Below are positions 18,347-28,600 of a stretch of 64,000 bases of DNA, piece after piece. Positions within the stretch are counted from its first letter, which is position 1. Each line of letters begins with the position of its first letter. This stretch comes from Auanema rhodensis. Taxonomy: Eukaryota > Animalia > Nematoda. The position numbers were made by a program, and so were the translations under genes. The notes beneath the pieces are model-generated. The model was not told where the DNA came from. It worked only from the letters and a program-made list of their open reading frames with translations, and ran no database searches. The stretch is taken from the NCBI GenBank assembly GCA_964057225.1, contig OZ059895.1:10912001-10976000 (forward strand), read 5' to 3'.

Positions 18347-21198
18347 GTATATTTTGATTCCGTAAATCAGCGCGGTGATGAGTCGTATCATCACGATGAT
18401 TGCGCCGATTGTGGCATGTGTTCTTAATAGCCAGGCCTTGAAAGTTTCTCCAATAAAAGCGAAGAAGCTGGAAATCCCTTCGTTTGCCGTGTTTCGGACG
18501 ATGTCTCCCACTACGATAGGAATTGTTATGGCATTTTCAAGGATGTTGAGTGGATTCAGACTGATTCCTTTCTTGTTGTTAAATATAGGTTTCAATCTTT
18601 CTGGCAAAGTGGCTTGTAGAGAGGCTAGACTGGATCCGTATGAAATAGCGAGTTCAAACAGGAATGAAGATTCCGTGAGGTTGGCATATATGTTGGAGTT
18701 GTTGAATTTTATGTGATCAATTTTGATCGACGTGAGTTCGTCCGCAAATGATAGGTTCGTCACATTTAATTTTGTGTTTTCCTTCATCCATTGGTCGTCT
18801 AATTTATATGGATCCGTTGTAGCCATCATGCAGTCGATTCGTCTGCCCATTGGTGAAATATCACGTGTTCCAGGTATTAAAAACAGTTCTCCATGATGTT
18901 CTGTATCTACTGGTGTTTCCATGTAACATGTTCCGTTTCTTTTGTGATCCGAGTAGATTTTTGTTACGTGGATAGGTGTGCAAGGCATTACGTAGATAAG
19001 GTGTTCAGCAACGAATTTAGCTGATATATCCTGACGTCTAAGCATTGTGCGGATACCAATAGTTGGGTTGATTTGCAGAATGGCCCACCACGTAAGGAGT
19101 TGTTTGTTTTGCATCCTACAGATGTCCTTTTTCGTTTTTTGAAACGCCTTTAAAATTTGTTCTTCTAGTTGCGAGGTTGAATATTGTAGATGGGATTGTG
19201 TATCCAGTTGACGTAATTGTTCATCATATTTCTGGATGATATCATGTCTTGTACGAAGAAAATTAGCGTGTGCTTGCTGTCCTATGTGAGATTGGACTTC
19301 TCTTGCTTGTTGAGGTGTTGTGGCGGCTCGTTTGGTTGTTGTCCTTGGCTCTATCACTGTTGAAGAGATTTGCGGAATTTCTGTTCGCGTTACAAGCTGT
19401 TTTGGTAAAGAAAATGGCGTTGTTGTAGCTTCATAGTAGTGATATCTTCTTGGAGTGGTTGTAGAGCTTGGTGATAATGTTCTGGGAGTGTGGAAAGGTT
19501 TGGGAGTAATTCGAAAAGTTGTTGTTGTAGTCGCGTGCGTAGTAGAGCTTGTAGTGCTTGCGGAAGTCGTGGTAGTCGTAGTCGTTGTTGTTGAATACGT
19601 GAGGGAGTCGATTAATTCAAGATATTTCTGTTGAAATCTCTCGCTTTCTTCCTGTGAAATAGTTTTAGTCGTTGGTGTACCACGTGGCAGTCCAAAGTTC
19701 TAAACTAGTCCTTTAAAGATGATTGCGTAATTAGGAAAAATAATCCTTGGACTACTTGATTCCTCTTCAAATGTATTTCACTTTCTGCTCTCTTTTTCGC
19801 GTTCTTCTGTTGATATATGTAGCAGACGATTATGTGATGCTATATAGTCAATGAAGTTTAATACTTCGTCGATTTGTGTGTAAAACAAAGTGTCCATTCT
19901 AGGAGTTGTTCTTCTCGACATCCTAGGTGGGTTTAGTTTTAAATATATATTCTTCTAATGAAGGAATTGTTTCTCCTGTTGCTAATACTGCGGGAGTTTG
20001 TGCGATTTCAAATGCAATGTCTCTCGCTCGCTGTAAGTAGTCTCCTGTGCGTTTTTCCAACTTATCGGCGAACTCCTTAATCGTGATTTGTTTACTGAGT
20101 TTTTCTGTGAGCTCAGATGGTAGGAGATGCGCGATAGCAATTTCTGTTGCTAGGAGAATTTCTGCTTTAGCCAGCGCATGTAGAATGGCGATATTAGTGT
20201 CGTTGTAGTTGTACCATAATAGTGTTTCCTTGATCGCGATTGCGTCTAACTTGAGGAATTTTGTATGTCCTATGTGAGTACTGGAAGTTTTCAGATAGTC
20301 TATGAGACTGTAAGAATTATCCAATCTTTTCCGGTTGCGATACTTCTGATACATTGGAATAATTCCTGTAGAGCTGTCCGTAAGACGTAATGATGGATAT
20401 ATGGCGATATTGAAAAAGCGTGTAGGGTATTCTTGTGGCGCTTTCCTTTTCTGTCGTCTTGGAGTCTCTTTAGGTGGTATATGAATGTATGTACCACTAT
20501 TCGTTGCATGTATATCCTTTCCTAAACATCGAGTTGCTATGTTAACCGTTTTCTGTTTTTCCTAAGGAGCTGAAGTCGCATTCGTGATGGTCGTGAGGTG
20601 GTGTCCAAACGATTATGGCATTGTGCGTTGTACAAGTTCCTGCTTTCTTTGCACATCCTTCCGTGTTGAGAAAAAGGTCTGATATGATGATATCGTCATG
20701 TAAACAAGTCATCATTCCTCTTTCTAACGTTAATCTTGGAGTTGTGGTGCAAGCTGTAGACCAAAATGAGTAAGACTGATTGTTTAAAGGTAAAGGTGCC
20801 TTAAATAGTCCTGGAGCTGTACGTACAAGATTCGTATCCATATGTCTTCTTTCTTGTATAGCTTTCTTACATTCCTTAAGAGTTGCGGCTTCGACGTAAA
20901 GTAGAGTGATATTGTTTTCTCTAATGAACAGTCTATCGTGAGCACATGTTCTGTAGATTTCTTTGGAGCATTTCCAAGTCTCCCATTCCTTGTAATGCAT
21001 GTTTTCTGCGAATTATTCGACGTTAGTAATTTGAACTCCATCCTTGTGTATATTTTCTGAGCATAAAGTTGGCCGAGGGGGTTCGAGAAAGATGCCTCCT
21101 CGTGTTCCGGTGCATAGATGGTAGGTGTTGTCTGCGTGACAAGGAAGTATTGTCAGTGCCATGATGGAAAGGAAGAGAGGTGTGAATAGAAGTTTCTT
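18347..21198 (-). pseudogene. Envelope glycoprotein, class III fusogen-like (herpes gB / mononegaviral G type), with signal peptide, mucin-like tract and TM
   Basis: Signal peptide KKLLFTPLFLSIMALTILPCHA (21198-21133); Cys-rich ectodomain; gB domain III-like block DICRMQNKQLLTWWAILQINPT..RRQDISAKF..VMPCTPI (19126-18971); N-x-S/T sequons; TM ~18412-18347. Confidence 0.85.
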
Positions 21199-21199
21199 G

Positions 21200-22770
21200 T
21201 TGCTCGTGCGGGGTAATTCATTGTTAACTTGGTTAACATGGAATCGTACTGATGGGCTTCTTGTGCGATTTCTGTAGCGCGAATTAGGTCCATATGATTC
21301 ATGGTGATCTCTGTTCTGGTATCTTCAATCGTACTGGTTTCCGCGATGACAGTTGTTGTTGTATCTGTTATCATAACGGTCGTTATACCTATTATTTCTG
21401 TGTGGGCTACGGTAGTTGTTTGGTCCTCTTGAGCGTGGTCTGTTATTTCTGTTCCTGTCGTTGTAGTGATCGTATCTTCCTGTTCTTCTTTCATCGTTAT
21501 GACGGTATCCTCCTCGTCTTTGGTGCCATGGTTCTTGAGGTCTTTGTGGATGTGAGGAATTGTCGTGTGGCCTGGATGATAGATGTGGTGCCGGTCCTCT
21601 ATGAATTTTATCACGCTGTGGAACTCTCATGTGATTGATGTGCTCGTTATTGATATTCAAATCATCTAGTTCATCGGTTAAGTTGTTGATGAAGGAAGAG
21701 GGGTCCTCATCTGCTTCAACGGTTTCAGCGATAGTGATGGCTGATTCAAAGGTGGTTGGGCTTCGATTATTGACGTGCGTACGTAGTTGTTTGTAATCCA
21801 CCGAGGAAAGCTACACGTAATATACGTTCATCAGCATCGGTGTTCATATCGCTTGCTTCATAAGCCAGATTTCGACAGCGTTGTGCAAAATGGTTGACAG
21901 TTTCACTCTCTCCTTGCTTCATGTGAGTGAGTCTGGTGAACGCGGCATCTCGTTTCTCTTGAGGTTGAAGTTTGAGAGACAAAATGCGCTTTACGTTATT
22001 CCATCCTTGACGTATTTCGTCCGGAGTTATGCAACGTAAAGCATCGGCTGCTTTGTCCGTCCCCAACAATAGATTGAGGTGCGACAGACGCTTAGCCATG
22101 GGTACTTGCAACGCGTCAAAATAACCTTCCAATCTCGTCATGTAGAGGTTAAAAGGTACTGCTCCATCATACAAGGTGGGTTTATGGTGGCGAATAGAAA
22201 CAGTGTTCGTAGGTAGCATGCGGAAATTAGAGTTGTTTTGGGTTTGATCATTGGAGTTTGGGTGGTCATCCATCCGGTCAGTCATCTGAGCGATTTTTCT
22301 CTTCTCTGCAACATTCAAATTGAAATTGGTGGTTACTTCCGACGGAGAAGATACAAGAGAAGAAGATTGCCCATGTAATGATTGATCGGATGAAGAGGGA
22401 GAATTTCGAGGAAGAGGAGAAGAAAGAATAACAGTATTTGGGTATGAATATAATATTTGTGAATAATCTTTACGAGGGGAAGTATTTGTGCTAACATTAC
22501 TAGAGCTTTTGATAACATTAGAAGTGCGTTTTGGAGTTTGTTTGCTAATAGACGCTTTAATTTTACTAAGAGTAATAGCGTGGCGAGAAGTTTTAATAGC
22601 TGTTGTGCCTATTTTCTTTGCGGGGGTACCCGGTATAGCGGGTGGTTTCTTTGCAGCAGTAGATCGGCGCTTCGTGTCCGGCTCATAAACATTTGGAGGT
22701 CCTCTTTTTCTTTGATTCCGCTCGAGTACTGGCTCGACGTGCGTATCATTGCGCTCTGTGGATTCGTTTT
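21200..22770 (-). pseudogene. Gag (basic S/T/K-rich N-terminus, capsid domain, R/N/Y/D-rich NC-like tail without a zinc knuckle)
   Basis: P.LYDG..F..Y..R.E.YF and MKQGESETVNHFAQR (MHR-like). Frameshift ~21790, stop at 21325. Confidence 0.85.
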
Positions 22771-23130
22771 ATCCTGCGGAGGATTTTTACTCTTCGAGTC
22801 AGCGTGACGCTTACTGAATGAAAGATCTCAGAACAAAAATATGAATCCAAATCAAACGATGTTTCTTTTAAATGAATGAATATAAAATTTCAAAATTAAG
22901 TTGTTTCAAAGTATATTTTTTTAAATAAATGTATATAAGATTTCAGTATTAATTTATGAATCAAAATCAAAATAAAGTTCTTTGAATGAATGAAATAAAG
23001 AAAAGAAAGATTTCAAATTGAATTCATATAGCATAATCGAAAAATAATTCTTTAATTAGATGTATGAAAGACAACAAAATAAAATTTATGTAGCGAAATA
23101 TGGTTCTTAGAGATTCGTTGGTTATAGACG

Positions 23131-23149
23131 AATCTCGGTGGAACCTCCA
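23131..23149 (-). promoter_or_regulatory. Primer binding site complementary to the tRNA-Gln 3' end
   Basis: Minus strand TGGAGGTTCCACCGAGATT immediately follows the 5' LTR. The + strand AATCTCGGTGGAACCTCCA equals the metazoan tRNA-Gln 3' end including CCA. Confidence 0.88.
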
Positions 23150-23543
23150 CGTTCCATGGTGGTTCCCCAGGGTTCCGGCTGGCTAACCACATGGAATTAT
23201 TTTCTTTTCTTCCAAATATAAATGATAAAGAGTATAGAGAGAAAGGTTTATTCATGATAAAGTATACAAATTACAATAATAAAAGTTACATAATGATTCC
23301 TAGTCGCAGCCCAAAGGACTCGTAAGGAAACCTTATATAGTTTTCCTTACGAGCATAAAAAGTGGTTATATCAGGTCCGCGGAACTTGGTTCCGCTTGAA
23401 TTGGGCTTTCTTTCATTAAACTTAATATGAAAAAGTGTTCGTTCATTATTGCATTGAATTCCTGTTTCTCAAATGTAGCATCAGCTATTTGTTTTTATAA
23501 TATTCCGTTTTATAAGCTCTACTTATAGGACACGTATGGAACA
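23150..23543 (-). repeat. 5' LTR (394 bp)
   Basis: Direct repeat of 12837-13249, adjacent to the PBS. Confidence 0.96.
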
Positions 23544-23612
23544 TAACATGAAATTGGAAAAAAAAACAATAACGAGAATAAGTATGTAAATCATTGAATA
23601 TCAGATATTTTC

Positions 23613-23731
23613 GCTTACGACCATACCACGTTGAAAGTACGCCATCCCGTCCGATCTGGCAAGTCAAGCAACGTTGGGCCCGGTAAGTACTTGGATTGGA
23701 GACGGCTTGGGAATCCCGGGTGCCGTAAGCT
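23613..23731 (+). rRNA. 5S rRNA variant (2 substitutions)
   Basis: 119-nt match starting 69 bp from the proviral end. Confidence 0.9.
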
Positions 23732-24140
23732 TTTCAAATTTTTTTAACGACCATACCACGTTGAAAGAACGCCATGCAGCTGATTTTCAATTTCATCTCT
23801 TCCGTAACAAATGTTTTCAATTTTCTAGCAGTTTTACTTAGATAGCTCAACCCAAGGCATCAAAATATCTTCAATCTTATTTCTATATTACAGTTATAAA
23901 CCAGTAGTTTATGAACCTTTATCTTAACTTAACTGTTTTTATCTATTTCCTATTGTAACAAACATTGTTTAAACACTATACAACTTTGAAAAATTTTTTA
24001 ATTTATTGTATTTGGAGCACATAAGATTTGATATCATCAAGGGAACCAGATGGAACGTGGAAAATTACATAACTAACATGAAATTGGAAAAAAACTATAA
24101 CGAGGATAAGTATGTAAATCATTGATAATCAGATATTTTC

Positions 24141-24259
24141 GCTTAAAACCATACCACGTTGAAAGTACGCCATCCCGTCCGATCTGGCAAGTCAAGCAAC
24201 GTTGGGCCCGGTTAGTACTTGGATCGGAGACGGCTTGGGAATCCCGGGTGCCGTAAGCT
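24141..24259 (+). rRNA. 5S rRNA variant (5' stem mutated: gcttaaaacc)
   Basis: 119-nt match. Confidence 0.85.
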
Positions 24260-24277
24260 TTTCAAATTTTTTTAATC

Positions 24278-24396
24278 GCTTACGACCATACCACGTTGAA
24301 AGTACGCCATCCCGTCCGATCTGGCAAGTCAAGTAACGTTGGGCCCGGTTAGTACTTGGATCGGAGACGGCTTGGGAATCCCGGGTGCCGTAAGCT
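24278..24396 (+). rRNA. 5S rRNA, second member of a head-to-tail dimer (137-bp period); last full copy in the window
   Basis: 119-nt match with 1 substitution. Confidence 0.88.
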
Positions 24397-24409
24397 TTTC
24401 AAATTTTTT

Positions 24410-25615
24410 TAACGACCATACCACGTTGAAAGAACGCCATGCAGCTGATTTTCAATTTCATCTTTTTTGTAACAAATGTTTTTAATTTTCCAGCAGTTTT
24501 ACTTAGATAGCTCAACCGAAGCCAGCAAATTATCTTCAATCTTTTTTCTATATTACAGTTATAAACCAGTAGTTAATGAACCTTCATCTTAACTTTACTG
24601 TTTCTATCTTTTTCCTATCGAAACAAACATTGTTTAAACACTATACAACTCTGAAACCTTTTTTAATTTGTTGTATTTGGAGCACATAAGATTTGATATC
24701 ATCAAAGGAACCAGATGGAACGTGGAAAATTACATAACTAACATGAAATTGGAAAAAAACTATAACGAGGATAAGTATGTAAATCATTGAATATCAGATA
24801 ATTTGCTTACAACTATACCACGTTAAAAGTACGCCATGCAGCTGATTTTCAATTTTATCTCTTTTGTAACAAATGTTTTCAATTTTCCAGCAGTTTTACT
24901 TAGATAGCTCAACCGAAGCCAGCAAATTATCTTCAATCTTATTTCTAAAATACAGTTATAAACCAGTAGTTAATGAACCTTCATCTTAACTTTACTGTTT
25001 CTATCTTTTTCCTATCGAAACAAACATTGTTTAAACACTATACAACTGTGAAACCTTTTTTAATTTGTTGTATTTGGAGCACATAAGATTTGATATCATC
25101 AAGGGAACCAGATGGAATGTGGAAAATTACATAACTAACATGAAATTGGAAAAAAACTAAAACGAGGATAAGTATGTGAATCATTGATATTCAGATATTT
25201 TTGCTTACAACTATACCACGTTGAAAGTACGCCATGCAGCTGATTTTCAATTTTATCTCTTCCGTAACAAATGTTTTCACTTTTCAAGTCGTTTCACTTA
25301 GATAGCTCAACCCAAAGCAGCAAATTATTTTCAATCTTATTTCTAAAATACAGTTATAAACCAGTAGTTAATGAACCTTCATCTTAACTTTACTGTTTCT
25401 ATCTTTTTCCTATCGAAACAAACATTGTTTAAACACTATACAACTGTGAAACCATTTTTAATTTGTTGTATTTGAAGCACATAAGATTTGATATCATCAA
25501 GGGAACCAGATGGAACGTGGAAAATTACATAACTAACATGAAATTGGAAAAAAACTATAACGAGGATAAGTATGTAATTCATTGAATATCAGTTATTTTG
25601 GCTTAAACTATACCA
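24410..25615 (+). repeat. 5S-derived ~398-bp satellite, ~3 monomers in 5S-sense orientation
   Basis: 5S spacer plus only the first ~33 nt of 5S (24805, 25203) joined directly to gcagctgatttt. Confidence 0.93.
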
Positions 25616-25625
25616 ACTTTCTTTT

Positions 25626-28600
25626 TATAGTGTTTAAACAATGTTTGTTTCGATAGGAAATAGATAGAAACAGTAAAGTTGAGATGAAGGTTCATTAATT
25701 ACTGGTTTATAACTGTATTATAGAAATAAGATTGAAGATAACTTGCTGCCTTGGTTTGAGCTATCTAAGTGAAACGACTTGAAAAGTGAAAACATTTATT
25801 ACGGAAGAGATAAAATTGAAAATCAGCTGCATGGCGTACTTTCAACGTGGTATAGTTGTAAGCAAAAATATCTGATATTCAATGATTTACATACTTATCC
25901 TCGTTATAGTTTTTTTTCCAATTTCATGTTAGTTATGTAATTTTCCACGTTCCATCTGGTTCCTTCGATGATATCAAATCTTATGTGCTCCAAATACAAT
26001 AAATTAAAAAAGGTTTCACAGTTGTATAGTGTTTTAACAATGTTTGTTTCGATAGGAAATAGATAGAAACAGTAAAGTTGAGATGAAGGTTCATTAATTA
26101 CTGGTTTATAACTGTATTATAGAAATAAGATTGAAGATAACTTGCTGCCTTGGTTTGAGCTATCTAAGTGAAACGACTTGAAAAGTGAAAACATTTATTA
26201 CGGAAGAGATAAAATTGAAAATCAGCTGCATGGCGTACTTTCAACGTGGTATAGTTGTAAGCAAAAATATCTGATATTCAATGATTTACATACTTATCCT
26301 CGTTATAGTTTTTTTTCCAATTTCATGTTAGTTATGTAATTTTCCACGTTCCATCTGGTTCCTTCGATGATATCAAATCTTATGTGCTCCAAATACAATA
26401 AATTAAAAAAGGTTTCACAGTTGTATAAAGTTTTAACAATGTTTGTTTCGATAGGAAATAGATAGAAACAGTAAAGTTGAGATGAAGGTTCATTAATTAC
26501 TGGTTTATAACTGTAATATACGAATAAGATTGAAGATAATTTTCTGCCTTGGGTTGAGCTATCTAAGTGAAACGACTTGAAAAGTGAAAACATTTATTAC
26601 GGAAGAGATAAAATTGAAAATCAGCTGCATGGCGTACTTTGAACGTGGTATAGTTGTAAGCGAAAATATCTGGTATTCAATGATTTACATACTTATCCTC
26701 GTTATAGTATTTTTCCAATTTTATGTTAGTTATGTAATTTTCCACGTTGCATCTGGTTCCCTCGATGATATCAAATCTTATGTGCTCCAAATACAATAAT
26801 TTAAAAAAGGTTTCAAAGTTGTATAGTGTTTAAACAATGTTTGTTTCGATAGGAAAAAGATAGAAACAGTAAAGTTAAGATGAAGGTTCATTAATTACTG
26901 GTTTATAACTGTAATATACGAATAAGATTGAAGATAATTTTCTGCCTTGGGTTGAGCTATCTAAGTGAAACGACTTGAAAAGTGAAAACATTTATTACAA
27001 AAGAGTTAAAATCGAAAATCAGCGGCATGGCGTACTTTCAACGTGGTATGGTCCTAAGCGAAAATATCTGATATTCAATGATTGACATACTTATCCTCGT
27101 TATAGTTTTTTTTCCAATTTTATGTTAGTTATGTAATTTTCCACGTTCCATCTGGTTCCTTCGATGATATCAAATCTTATGTGCTCCAAATACAATAAAT
27201 TAAAAAAGGTTTCACAGTTGTATAAAGTTTTAACAATGTTTGTTTCGATAGGAAATAGATAGAAACAGTAAAGTTGAGATGAAGGTTCATTAATTACTGG
27301 TTTATAACTGTAATATACGAATAAGATTGAAGATAATTTTCTGCCTTGGGTTGAGCTATCTAAGTGAAACGACTTGAAAAGTGAAAACATTTATTACGGA
27401 AGAGATAAAATTGAAAATCAGCTGCATGGCGTACTTTGAACGTGGTATAGTTGTAAGCGAAAATATCTGGTATTCAATGATTTACATACTTATCCTCGTT
27501 ATAGTATTTTTCCAATTTTATGTTAGTTATGTAATTTTCCACGTTCCATCTGGTTCCTTCGATGATATCAAATCTTATGTGCTCCAAATACAATAAATTA
27601 AAAAAAGTTTCACAGTTGTATAAAGTTTTAACAATGTTTGTTTCGATAGGAAATAGATAGAAACAGTAAAGTTGAGATGAAGGTTCATTAATTACTGGTT
27701 TATAACTGTAATATACGAATAAGATTGAAGATAATTTTCTGCCTTGGGTTGAGCTATCTAAGTGAAACGACTTGAAAAGTGAAAACATTTATTACGGAAG
27801 AGATAAAATTGAAAATCAGCTGCATGGCGTGCTTTCAACGTGGTATAGTTGTAAGCGAAAATATCTGATATTCAATGATTAACATACTTATCCTCGTTAT
27901 AGTTTTTTTTCCAATTTTATGTTAGTTATGTAATTTTCCACGTTCCATCTGGTTCCTTCGATGATATCAAATCTTATGTGCTCCAAATACAATAAATTAA
28001 AAAAGGTTTCACAGTTGTATAAAGTTTTAACAATGTTTGTTTCGATAGGAAATAGATAGAAACAGTAAAGTTGAGATGAAGGTTCATTAATTACTGGTTT
28101 ATAACTGTAATATACGAATAAGATTGAAGATAATTTTCTGCCTTGGGTTGAGCTATCTAAGTGAAACGACTTGAAAAGTGAAAACATTTATTACGGAAGA
28201 GATAAAATTGAAAATCAGCTGCATGGCGTACTTTGAACGTGGTATAGTTGTAAGCGAAAATATCTGGTATTCAATGATTTACATACTTATCCTCGTTATA
28301 GTATTTTTCCAATTTTATGTTAGTTATGTAATTTTCCACGTTCCATCTGGTTCCTTCGATGATATCAAATCTTATGTGCTCCAAATACAATAAATTAAAA
28401 AAGGTTTCACAGTTGTATAAAGTTTCAACAATGTTTGTTTCGATAGGAAATAGATAGAAACAGTAAAGTTGAGATGAAGGTTCATTAATTACTGGTTTAT
28501 AACTGTAATATACGAATAAGATTGAAGATAATTTTCTGCCTTGGGTTGAGCTATCTAAGTGAAACGACTTGAAAAGTGAAAACATTTATTACAAAAGAGT

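Larger units (their letters stand above)
12837..23543 (-). mobile_element. Full-length, decayed Ty3/Gypsy (Metaviridae) endogenous retrovirus with gag-env-pro-pol order (NERV-like), 10.7 kb
   Basis: Two LTRs; 4-bp TSD TAAC (12833-12836 and 23544-23547) that restores the 5S spacer; PBS; Gag, Env, PR, RT, RH and IN motifs; multiple stops and frameshifts. Confidence 0.95.

Noticed and set aside
21153-21614. 153-aa Thr-rich ORF as a separate mucin gene
   Set aside because: Alternative frame of the R/N/Y/D-rich Gag tail; the Gag frame is the one that continues into the signal peptide.
23131-23160. tRNA-Gln gene
   Set aside because: Only the 3' 19 nt including CCA are present, next to the LTR; this is a PBS, not a cloverleaf.
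12837-23543. Currently active or intact provirus
   Set aside because: Multiple stops and frameshifts in gag, env and pol, a deletion in the RT N-terminus, and non-identical LTRs.
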